Shown one piece after another: positions 7,898 to 14,587 of a stretch of 64,000 nt of DNA. Made by a program: the position numbers and the translations under genes. Positions within the stretch are counted from its first letter, which is position 1, and each line of letters starts with the position of its first letter. The stretch lies in the IMG/VR virus record IMGVR_UViG_3300009093_000035, positions 184,580-248,579 of that record. The stretch is one strand, 5' to 3'. The notes below the pieces were generated by a model. The model was given only the letters and a program-made list of their open reading frames with translations, was not told the origin of the DNA and searched no databases.

Positions 7898-8446
7898 TCA
7901 GGACCCCTCTTCGATCGGAGCATTCCAGTACACGTAGGAGGCCCACGCGTCCGGGATGTTCGTCAACGAAAACCGCATGGTGACTACCGGGAGATACGCG
8001 GGCTTCACGGGCTGCTTGCGCAGCTTCATCCCCGCGCGCTCCGGAGTCCGGTCGGCCTTCTTCTCGTTGCACGAGTAGCAGGCCATCACGATGTTCTCCC
8101 AGGTCGTCCTACCGCCGTGAGAGCGGGGGGTGACGTGGTCGTACGTGAGCTTCGAGAGCGGGAGCTTCCCGGTACCCGGAGGGCAGTACTGACAGGTGAA
8201 GTTGTCCCGCGTCGCTACGTTCACCCGAGAGAACTTCACGGCCTGCTTCTTGCCGCGGATCCTCCCGAGGAGACGAACGACGGCCGGCATCTTGAAGGAG
8301 AGGGTCACGTGGATTTCCTCGTTGTACTCCTCCACTACCTCGGCGACGTTGTCGAGGACCATACACACGGCCCTCTGCCAGTCCACGATCCTGTGGGGTA
8401 CCCACCCCTGATCCAATACGAGAGTTGTTTGCACGGCCTTACCCAC
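7898..8446 (-). CDS. HNH endonuclease (McrA-like)
   Basis: RDNFTCQYC, LTYDHVTPRSHGGRTTWENIVMACYSCNEKK; type often found in tRNA arrays. Confidence 0.92.
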   Translation of the reverse strand: MGKAVQTTLVLDQGWVPHRIVDWQRAVCMVLDNVAEVVEEYNEEIHVTLSFKMPAVVRLLGRIRGKKQAVKFSRVNVATRDNFTCQYCPPGTGKLPLSKLTYDHVTPRSHGGRTTWENIVMACYSCNEKKADRTPERAGMKLRKQPVKPAYLPVVTMRFSLTNIPDAWASYVYWNAPIEEGS

Positions 8447-8469
8447 CTTTCCTGAGCTGTTGTTTTGGT

Positions 8470-8552
8470 TGCGAGAGGAGGGAGTCGAACCCTCACGCCC
8501 CGAAGGGCACCGATTTTTGAGACCGGCGCGTCTGCCATTCCGCCACTCTCGC
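8470..8552 (-). tRNA. tRNA-Leu(CAA)
   Basis: Cloverleaf, V arm; loop CTCAAAA. Confidence 0.92.
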
Positions 8553-8578
8553 GTCTACTGAAACTTACTCGAAAGGGA

Positions 8579-8664
8579 TGCCCGGGGGGAGAGTCGAACT
8601 CCCACGACCGCTAGGATCGCCGCCTTCTGAGGACGGTGTGTCTACCAAGTTCCACCACCCGGGC
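8579..8664 (-). tRNA. tRNA-Leu(CAG)
   Basis: Loop CTCAGAA, V arm. Confidence 0.92.
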
Positions 8665-8680
8665 TCAAAAACCTACTCAC

Positions 8681-8762
8681 TGCGGAAGAGGGGACTTGAA
8701 CCCCTACGCCACAAGGACACTGGAACCTAAACCCAGCGCGTCTGCCATTCCGCCACTTCCGC
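8681..8762 (-). tRNA. tRNA-Leu(UAG)
   Basis: Loop TTTAGGT, V arm. Confidence 0.92.
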
Positions 8763-8768
8763 TCTACA

Positions 8769-8851
8769 TGGGGACGGGGGGACTTGAACCCCCACGTCAC
8801 GAAGGACACTAGCACCTCAAGCTAGCGCGTCTGCCTTTCCGCCACGTCCCC
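8769..8851 (-). tRNA. tRNA-Leu(GAG)
   Basis: Loop TTGAGGT, V arm. Confidence 0.92.
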
Positions 8852-8868
8852 ATTACGAATCGAACCAG

Positions 8869-8954
8869 TGCTCGGGGGGAGAGTCGAACTCCCATGACCG
8901 CGAAGGATCGTTGGATTCTTAGTCCAGTGTGTCTGCCAGTTCCACCACCCGAGC
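8869..8954 (-). tRNA. tRNA-Leu(AAG)
   Basis: Loop CTAAGAA, Leu-type D and V arms. Confidence 0.85.
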
Positions 8955-9030
8955 GTACGAACCGAAGATTGTCCAAGATCGAGAGGGGCCCTCCGAGGAA
9001 TCCCTCGGGGGCTGATCCTCCCGTCCGGTA

Positions 9031-9102
9031 TGCGCGAAGAGGGGATTGAACCCCCGACCGTCGCCGTGTAAAGGCGCTGCTCTTCCGCTGAGCTATCCGC
9101 GC
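9031..9102 (-). tRNA. tRNA-Val(UAC)
   Basis: Loop TTTACAC. Confidence 0.9.
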
Positions 9103-9107
9103 GTTGA

Positions 9108-9199
9108 TGGACCTACCTGGACTCGAACCAGGTCAATCGCCGCTCGACCACCCCAGGTTTTCCTTGCTGTGAGGCGATTACGTCACTGAGGTTAGGCCC
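9108..9199 (-). ncRNA. Mini-tmRNA-like RNA (tRNA-like domain only)
   Basis: Acceptor GGGCCTA/TAGGTCC with G3.U70 and A73, stemless D region, helix AATCGCC/GGCGATT, GA then CCTGG-TTCGAGT-CCAGG. Confidence 0.6.
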
Positions 9200-9302
9200 A
9201 TCGAATTGGTTCTCCATGCGCGCTATTCGGAGGAGAAGCCCGAAATGTACGGCGACCGGACTACGTGGCCCACACCACCCGTTATGTCGCTGCGCTTTGG
9301 TC

Positions 9303-9375
9303 TGCACGACCGGAGGATCGAACTCCGCTAGAACGGCTTGTGATACCGTCGCCCTCTCCAGATGGCTCGCCGTGC
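9303..9375 (-). tRNA. tRNA-Val(CAC), atypical D arm
   Basis: GACGGT-ATCACAA-GCCGTT; acceptor GCACGGC/GTCGTGC. Confidence 0.75.
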
Positions 9376-9521
9376 GTCAGGCTCGTCTCGACCCGCGGCC
9401 CCCGAGAGGGCGGAACCCCATCAGGACCATCACTACCGCCACCGGGGGCCAGAGGATGGACTCGACTGCGAGACGAACACGTACTTTGAAGGGCATCCCC
9501 TACCCTACTCGAAGAAACCAA

Positions 9522-9593
9522 TCGGGGTGACAGGGATCGAACCTGCGATCTCACCGTCCCGAACGGTGCGCGATACCACTTCGCTACACCCCG
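9522..9593 (-). tRNA. tRNA-Pro(CGG)
   Basis: CACCG-TTCGGGA-CGGTG. Confidence 0.92.
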
Positions 9594-9769
9594 ATAAATC
9601 GTACTTCGGCGGGTCTCTCACCCCGCATCCTTCCAGGTCCGGATTCCCGTCCGTCTACGCGGCCTTGTACCGCTCCCTCGCTGCTTGTCGTCAGCGGCCC
9701 TGTACGATCGTTCACGAGAAGGGTTCGCCCCGACGCTGCAGACGCCGAGACTACTTTTCCGACTCGCTA

Positions 9770-9838
9770 TCCCTCCCGACGGAATCGAACCGCCTCGTAC
9801 GCCCGTATGAAAGGCATCGCCTCGCCAGAAAGAGAGGG
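9770..9838 (-). tRNA. tRNA(CAU) (Met or Ile2) lacking a D stem
   Basis: Acceptor CCCTCTC/GGGAGGG, loop TTCATAC, T arm GGCGG-TTCGATT-CCGTC. Confidence 0.6.
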
Positions 9839-9845
9839 GTGGACA

Positions 9846-9918
9846 CGTCTCCAGTAGGATTCGAACCTACAATGGACCCTTCGGAGGGGTCAGTGATATC
9901 CAGTTTCACCATGGAGAC
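9846..9918 (-). tRNA. tRNA-Arg(CCG)
   Basis: GACCC-CTCCGAA-GGGTC. Confidence 0.88.
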
Positions 9919-9941
9919 ATTGGCCTTCTACCAAACCAGAG

Positions 9942-10013
9942 CGTCTTCGGAAGGATTCGAACCTTCAATAAGCGGTTCGTAGCCGCTCGTGATATCCATT
10001 TCACCACGAAGAC
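9942..10013 (-). tRNA. tRNA-Arg(ACG)
   Basis: AGCGG-CTACGAA-CCGCT. Confidence 0.9.
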
Positions 10014-10031
10014 ATGAGTCAGAAACAGGAG

Positions 10032-10103
10032 CGTCCACGGAGGGAGTTGAACCCACGACCTGTCGCTTCGTAGGCGACCGCTCTTCCTCTGAGCTACGCG
10101 GAC
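10032..10103 (-). tRNA. tRNA-Arg(ACG)
   Basis: GTCGC-CTACGAA-GCGAC. Confidence 0.9.
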
Positions 10104-10115
10104 ATGAACCGAGAG

Positions 10116-10187
10116 CGTCCCCGGAGGGATTCGAACCCCCGACCGACCGCTTAGAAGGCGATCGCTCTTCCTCTGAGCTACGAGGAC
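10116..10187 (-). tRNA. tRNA-Arg(UCU)
   Basis: Loop CTTCTAA. Confidence 0.9.
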
Positions 10188-10214
10188 ATTGGCTTGCACG
10201 GAAACCCCTACGAA

Positions 10215-10286
10215 AGGTGCGGGTGAGAATCGAACTCACCTCAACCAGGGTTGCAATCTGATGCCCTCAGCCAGAGGGACCGCACC
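10215..10286 (-). tRNA. tRNA-Cys(GCA)
   Basis: Loop TTGCAAC, U73. Confidence 0.8.
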
Positions 10287-10299
10287 AAAGAGAACTAGA

Positions 10300-10363
10300 G
10301 GCCGACAAGTAGCGCCGAGAGGGGGTTACCGTGCAAAGGTGTACTCCCGGCAAGTATTCGGCC
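10300..10363 (-). ncRNA. Y RNA-like #1 (minimal)
   Basis: 5' GGCCGAAU..GGAGUACA / 3' CUUGUCGGCC stem shared with five other copies. Confidence 0.7.
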
Positions 10364-10365
10364 AG

Positions 10366-10437
10366 AGCGGGTGGCGGGGATCGAACCCGCGACGTCCTGG
10401 ATGGGAACCAAGCGCTCTACCGCTGAGCCACACCCGC
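10366..10437 (-). tRNA. tRNA-Gly(CCC)
   Basis: Loop TTCCCAT. Confidence 0.9.
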
Positions 10438-10523
10438 TTGTATTAGATCGAAGTTACGGAAGTTACCAGACCTTATCGAACCTCATGGTAACTCTCGGCT
10501 ACATGGACGGAACCAGAAACCAG

Positions 10524-10594
10524 AGCGGGCAGCGAGAATCGAACTCGCGTCTTCGGCTTGGAAGGCCGAGGCCAAGCCACTTGACCATGCCCGC
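10524..10594 (-). tRNA. tRNA-Gly(UCC)
   Basis: TCGGC-CTTCCAA-GCCGA. Confidence 0.88.
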
Positions 10595-10606
10595 ATACGA
10601 ACCGGA

Positions 10607-11012
10607 TGGACTCGTCCGGAATTGAACCGGAGTCCACGAAGTCTACTACGATCGAGTACCACGCGCGTCTTCAACTCTTACGCCTGTCTTTCTAACGAGG
10701 AAGGCGCGAGGCTTGACAACCTCTCTTTCGGAACTCCCCGCGAAGTCTGCTCGGTTCCCCGCCTCGACTTCGATCGTCCCTCAGATCGCCTTTCGGCTCC
10801 CGCTGAGGTACAGCCGGGATTCCCCTAGCTCGATTACGCCAACGAGGAGAGTGCTAGGGACTCTCCTCGCCGACGGATCAGGCCGCCTGAGCGAGCTGAT
10901 CGTAGCTGCTGTCGTTCGCAGTTACTGTTGGTTGGCTTGATAACCCGGCCTGCCTACCACCCGGAGCGCGCACTCTCTCGTTTCGAACCCCATGTCGAAA
11001 CCTGTCGAGCCC
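10607..11012 (-). ncRNA. ssrA: tmRNA; tag ANDSSYDQLAQAA* at 10878-10919
   Basis: 5' GGGCTCGACAGGTTTCGAC, 3' GGACTCCGGTTCAATTCCGGACGAGTCCA, G3.U70, resume context TAACT-GCG AAC GAC. Confidence 0.95.
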
Positions 11013-11028
11013 GAAGACACTAGACCAG

Positions 11029-11101
11029 AGCCATCGGCGGGAGTTGAACCCGCGACCTCTCGCATACCAAGCGAGCGCTCTTCCAACTGAGCTACGAAGG
11101 C
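11029..11101 (-). tRNA. tRNA-Thr(GGU)
   Basis: Loop TTGGTAT. Confidence 0.9.
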
Positions 11102-11106
11102 AAAAG

Positions 11107-11179
11107 AGCCGGCAGGGGCGCTCGAATCCCCCATCTCCCGCTTACGAAACGGGCGCATCGCCATCTATGCTTTACCGGC
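11107..11179 (-). tRNA. tRNA-Thr(CGU)
   Basis: Loop TTCGTAA. Confidence 0.8.
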
Positions 11180-11276
11180 AAGTTCCCAAGGTGTCCCGAG
11201 AGGACCACTCTCGTTCTTCCGAGGGCGCTTGGACGTTTTTCAAGGGTTGCTGGTTAGGCTCCTCTCACCGTCCTAG

Positions 11277-11348
11277 TGGATCCTACAGGGATTGAACCTG
11301 CGGCCTCTCGGGTGCAAACCGAGCGCTCTCCCGCTGAGCTAAGGACCC
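11277..11348 (-). tRNA. tRNA-Ala(UGC)
   Basis: Loop TTTGCAC, G3.U70. Confidence 0.92.
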
Positions 11349-11352
11349 AAAG

Positions 11353-11420
11353 TGGACCGAGCGGATTCGAACCGCTTCCTTCCGTGTTCCACGGACGCTC
11401 TTCCTTTTGAGCTACGATCC
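11353..11420 (-). pseudogene. tRNA-like element with collapsed anticodon loop
   Basis: Normal D and T arms, but anticodon arm TCCGTG-GAA-CACGGA and 6-bp acceptor. Confidence 0.6.
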
Positions 11421-11478
11421 TCTGTCTCGCCCCGGAAGCGAAACAGTTCGTCAATCGTCCGCGCGAACGACCAACTAG

Positions 11479-11551
11479 TGGACAAGAGGGGGATCGAACC
11501 CCTGACCTACGCCATGCCATGGCGTCGCTCTCCCAGCTGAGCTACTCGCCC
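11479..11551 (-). tRNA. tRNA-Ala(GGC)
   Basis: Loop ATGGCAT, G3.U70. Confidence 0.92.
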
Positions 11552-11820
11552 AAAACGACCCTCGGTAATACAGGCCGCCAACGAAGGAACAAGGCTACTC
11601 TCGTCCGACTCCCGAAGGAATCGTTCTCGTACGTGTCTCCGACCCGGGGCTCCTAGAAGCGCGGAACCGGAACCGACGCGAGATGATCCTCACCGACAAG
11701 GATCGACAGGTACTGCACGGTCTGCTTGCGCCTACCGTTTCCCTCCTTGAGTTTGGAGCCGGACCCGCCTAGGGTTTCTCGCCACCACAGCGTCCTAGGT
11801 CGGGTTGGTGTCCGGCGTGA

Positions 11821-11890
11821 TCGCGGCCCCAAGAGTTGAACTTGGCATCCCTGGGTTATGAGCCCTGGGCAGCGTCCCCGCTGCACCGCA
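11821..11890 (-). tRNA. Atypical initiator-like tRNA(CAU) with miniature D arm
   Basis: GGG-CTCATAA-CCC; D arm CAGCG-GGGA-CGCTG. Confidence 0.6.
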
Positions 11891-11897
11891 TCTACAA

Positions 11898-11971
11898 GAG
11901 CGCGAGAAGGATTTGAACCTCCGACCTACGGGTTATGAGCCCGTCGAGCTGCCAGACTGCTCCACCGCGCA
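11898..11971 (-). tRNA. tRNA-fMet(CAU)
   Basis: Three G-C pairs in the anticodon stem, 1-72 mismatch. Confidence 0.85.
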
Positions 11972-12043
11972 TCGTCCAGGTGGGGATCGAACCCACGACC
12001 TTCCGCGTGTCGAGCGGATGCTCTTCCTCTGAGCCACTGGACG
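11972..12043 (-). tRNA. tRNA-Val(GAC)
   Basis: TCCGC-TCGACAC-GCGGA. Confidence 0.88.
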
Positions 12044-12061
12044 GTCTCGATCTAAGAACCA

Positions 12062-12134
12062 TGGAGCAGATGGGATTCGAACCCAACGCACCTCGTGTAT
12101 CAGACGAAGTAGTGCGACCAGCAACTTCCGCTCC
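12062..12134 (-). tRNA. tRNA-Ile(GAU)
   Basis: Loop CTGATAC. Confidence 0.75.
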
Positions 12135-12154
12135 GTTTTCGAGCCAGACACTAG

Positions 12155-12228
12155 GGTGATCGGGGGGAGTTGAACCCACCGTACCTCGGGTCACAGCCGA
12201 GTGCCTTAACCGTTAGGCTACGACCACC
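12155..12228 (-). tRNA. tRNA-His(GUG) with encoded G-1
   Basis: CTCGG-CTGTGAC-CCGAG; G-1:C73. Confidence 0.9.
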
Positions 12229-12239
12229 ATGAAGAGATT

Positions 12240-12371
12240 CGGGTGACAAGAGCGGAGAAGACGTTTTTTGGACTGCCGCTCTACCATCTGAGCTACCACC
12301 CCCTTTCGGAGACGGGCGGGACTCGAACCCGCGACCCGCAGTGTTGTTGTAGTCCTATTCCAATTCACCCG
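12240..12371 (-). ncRNA. Y RNA-like #2 (YrlA-type, permuted tRNA module)
   Basis: CGGGUGAAU..GACUACA / CUUGUCACCCG; T arm GCGGG-TTCGAGT-CCCGC, GAAA-capped acceptor, then D arm TAGCTCAGATGGTAGAGC. Confidence 0.85.
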
Positions 12372-12372
12372 A

Positions 12373-12445
12373 CGTTCCCGGGAGGACTCGAACCTCCGAC
12401 CTGCCGTTTAGGAAACGGCCCCTCTATCCACTGAGGTACGGGAAC
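12373..12445 (-). tRNA. tRNA-Arg(CCU)
   Basis: GCCGT-TTCCTAA-ACGGC. Confidence 0.9.
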
Positions 12446-12449
12446 ACGA

Positions 12450-12588
12450 TTGCGAGAGAGGGACTTGAACCCCCACGAGCGCTTCCGTTACTTCCCTGGG
12501 AAGCGCTTCCCGTACGGGTTTCACGGATGGGCCTAGGACCCTGTCTCTCCGAGTCGCCTCGGCGCGTCTGCCATTTCGCCATCTCGCA
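12450..12588 (-). ncRNA. Anticodon-less oversized tRNA-Leu mimic A
   Basis: Acceptor TGCGAGA/TCTCGCA, Leu D arm GGCGAAATGGCAGACGC, anticodon arm capped by GCGA, three hairpins in the variable region, normal T arm. Confidence 0.7.
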
Positions 12589-12596
12589 TCGAACAC

Positions 12597-12748
12597 TAGG
12601 GAGAAGGGGAATCGAACCCCCACCGGGCTCTACAGGACTCTCCGCGGTTCGCGACCCTCGGATCCTCCCGTTGGCTCGGGGTGCGCACCCCTTACCGTCC
12701 CTGCCGGAACTTTCATCCCGGTGCGTCTACCAGTTCCGCCATCTCCCG
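12597..12748 (-). ncRNA. Anticodon-less oversized tRNA-Leu mimic B
   Basis: Leu D arm GGCGGAACTGGTAGACGC, CCGGGAT-GAAA-GTTCCGG, ~80-nt structured variable region, normal T arm. Confidence 0.7.
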
Positions 12749-12770
12749 TCAACGAACGGAAGGAAAAGTT

Positions 12771-12903
12771 TGGGCGACAAGTGTTGGCGAAGATCTTTTC
12801 GTCGCTCTACCAACTGAGCTACCGCCCCGTGAAAGTGGGGCGGGCTGGACTCGAACCAGCGGCCTCCGGCTTGAAATGCTGTAATCCTCTCCGAATTCAC
12901 CCA
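12771..12903 (-). ncRNA. Y RNA-like #3 (YrlA-type)
   Basis: UGGGUGAAU..GAUUACA / CUUGUCGCCCA; GCTGG-TTCGAGT-CCAGC, closed acceptor CCGCCCC/GGGGCGG, D arm TAGCTCAGTTGGTAGAGC. Confidence 0.85.
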
Positions 12904-12904
12904 A

Positions 12905-12977
12905 CGTTCCCGGAGGGGATCGAACCCCCGACCTGCGGTTTCGAAGACCGCCGCTCTTCCGGCTGAGCTACGAGAAC
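12905..12977 (-). tRNA. tRNA-Arg(UCG)
   Basis: GCGGT-CTTCGAA-ACCGC. Confidence 0.9.
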
Positions 12978-13019
12978 CCTCGATTTATGGCTTCGAGGTA
13001 CCTTTGCGCGCGAAGGAAG

Positions 13020-13094
13020 CGTCCCGTGGGGGATTTGAACCCGCCGTCGCCAGATTGAGAGTCTAGCATCCTAGGCCAACTAGAAGAACGGGAC
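13020..13094 (-). tRNA. tRNA-Glu(CUC)
   Basis: Loop CTCTCAA. Confidence 0.88.
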
Positions 13095-13099
13095 ATAGA

Positions 13100-13175
13100 G
13101 GCGAGACAAGAGAGACCGAGACGAGGGGCTTTCGCCCCACATTACCCAAAATGTAGTCCCGATCGAATTCTCACC
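13100..13175 (-). ncRNA. Y RNA-like #4 (minimal)
   Basis: GGUGAGAAU..GACUACA / CUUGUCUCGCC; GGGGC-GAAA-GCCCC hairpin. Confidence 0.72.
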
Positions 13176-13176
13176 A

Positions 13177-13249
13177 TGGACAGGAGGGGGATTGAACCCC
13201 TGACCTCTGCATTGCGAACGCAGCGCTCTCCCAGCTGAGCTACCCGCCC
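13177..13249 (-). tRNA. tRNA-Ala(CGC)
   Basis: Loop TTCGCAA, G3.U70. Confidence 0.92.
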
Positions 13250-13390
13250 AAACGAAAACCAGGTTCTCGAATCGGACTCGGGTAGGTCGATTCCCTTTCG
13301 GGAGGTGGCCTACCCTATCCCTAGCTCCTCGGGCCTGGCGCTACCGAGAAGATCCGAGCCAGCGAGGACCGAGGTCCCCGCGAAGATAGC

Positions 13391-13514
13391 CGTGCGACAA
13401 GAGTGACAGCGACGTTTTCTAGGCCCGAGCCTCGCTCCCTTTCGGGAACGACCAGGATTCGAACCTGGCTCGATTGTTGTTCATACAATGTAGTCCCCAT
13501 CGAGTATTCGCACG
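13391..13514 (-). ncRNA. Y RNA-like #5 (T arm plus GAAA-closed acceptor, degenerate D arm)
   Basis: CGUGCGAAU..GACUACA / CUUGUCGCACG; CCAGG-TTCGAAT-CCTGG; TCGTTCCC-GAAA-GGGAGCGA. Confidence 0.8.
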
Positions 13515-13516
13515 AG

Positions 13517-13589
13517 TCGGGATGACCGGATTCGAACCGACGTCTCCTGCGCCCAAGGCAGGTGCTAAACCAGGCTCAGCTACATCCCG
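13517..13589 (-). tRNA. tRNA-Pro(UGG)
   Basis: CCTGC-CTTGGGC-GCAGG. Confidence 0.9.
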
Positions 13590-13600
13590 AACAGAAACCA

Positions 13601-13676
13601 TGCAGCGAACTGGAGTTGAACCAGTGCCTCCCGGGTTTCAACCGAGCGCTCTACCTATGGGCTGAGCTATCGCTGC
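13601..13676 (-). tRNA. tRNA-Phe(GAA)
   Basis: Loop TTGAAAC. Confidence 0.85.
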
Positions 13677-13679
13677 GTA

Positions 13680-13752
13680 TGCTACGGGTCGGAATTGAAC
13701 CGACGACACCCCGCTCTTCAGGCGAGTGCTCTACCAACTGAGCTACCGTAGC
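13680..13752 (-). tRNA. tRNA-Phe(GAA)
   Basis: Loop CTGAAGA. Confidence 0.9.
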
Positions 13753-13758
13753 AAGACA

Positions 13759-13832
13759 CGCCCCCGAAGAGAATCGAACTCTCCTCGACCCTGCTTGACA
13801 AGCAGGCGTCTTCACCAGAGGACTACGAGGGC
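13759..13832 (-). tRNA. tRNA-Asp(GUC)
   Basis: CCTGC-TTGTCAA-GCAGG. Confidence 0.88.
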
Positions 13833-13850
13833 AGGAACCAGGAAATTTAA

Positions 13851-13939
13851 GGCGACAAAGATCCCGAAGACACAGAGCGAGCCTTTCGGCCCTCTCTTCT
13901 GGTTTTGGTAGAAGAATGTAGTCTTCAGAGCATTCGCCC
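13851..13939 (-). ncRNA. Y RNA-like #6 (minimal)
   Basis: GGGCGAAU..GACUACA / UUUGUCGCC; GAAA-capped hairpin. Confidence 0.7.
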
Positions 13940-13940
13940 A

Positions 13941-14008
13941 CGGGCTGTTAGGGACTCGAACCCAGCGCGGTCGGTTTTGGAGGCCAACCTGTGCCCTGCA
14001 CCCAGCCC
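13941..14008 (-). tRNA. tRNA-Trp(CCA) with miniature D arm
   Basis: Loop CTCCAAA; D arm GTGC-AGG-GCAC. Confidence 0.7.
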
Positions 14009-14157
14009 AATAGCTGAGACCGTCCGGCCTACGGGCCCGCACGATCTCGTACCTCCTCCTACACATGGCAGGTGAGATCTAAGAATAGCGACCGGCGCTC
14101 GCCCCGAGTGCTCGTCCTCCCTACCGGAGGCTGCGTTCTCGAAGTGCTTTCGGTCTA

Positions 14158-14229
14158 CTCCTGGGGCAGGAGTCGAACCTGCGGTAGGCGAGTTAACAGC
14201 TCGCTGCCTTACCACTTGGCTACCCAGGA
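14158..14229 (-). tRNA. tRNA-Asn(GUU)
   Basis: GCGAG-CTGTTAA-CTCGC. Confidence 0.92.
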
Positions 14230-14269
14230 AGGATCTCAACGGACCCCATCGGAAGAAACGAAGGAGGAA

Positions 14270-14341
14270 CTCCGGCAGTAGGGGTCGAACCTACGACATC
14301 CTGGTTAACAGCCAGGCGCTCTTCCACTGAGCTATACCGGA
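14270..14341 (-). tRNA. tRNA-Asn(GUU)
   Basis: CCTGG-CTGTTAA-CCAGG. Confidence 0.92.
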
Positions 14342-14425
14342 ATGTGAGGGAGGCCCTCCCGTACCCGAGCCCTTGCGAGGCGATTCGAGTACGAGAGTCC
14401 CCTCTCCGCGCCCTTGGGGAGGGCG

Positions 14426-14455
14426 CCTGAAGGAACTCCTATTCAGTTGTCAGAG
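14426..14455. repeat. Arm 2 of the long-range inverted repeat; boxA-like on the minus strand
   Basis: Minus strand CTCTGACAACTGAATAGGAGTTCCTTCAGG. Confidence 0.85.
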
Positions 14456-14516
14456 ACCTCGGAACACAGAGAGCCGTAGTTCACTACGTACTCCAGCCAC
14501 AGGGTGGCTTTTTCAA

Positions 14517-14587
14517 TTCCCAGTCGAGGATTCGAACCTCAGTTGTCCGAGTCAGATTCGGAAGTCCTGCCGCTAGACGAACCGGGA
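14517..14587 (-). tRNA. tRNA-Gln(CUG)
   Basis: TCCGA-ATCTGAC-TCGGA. Confidence 0.88.

Noticed and set aside
12450-12748. Intron-containing tRNA-Leu
   Set aside because: Inserts are in the variable region, too short for group I/II cores, and no 7-nt anticodon loop can be rebuilt
9200-14460. RNase P or SRP RNA among the structured spacers
   Set aside because: Did not see the GAGGAAAGUCC or SRP domain IV signatures by eye; cmscan would be decisive
7010-14576. Many short ORFs across the tRNA array
   Set aside because: They overlap tRNA/ncRNA genes; only the HNH has a protein signature
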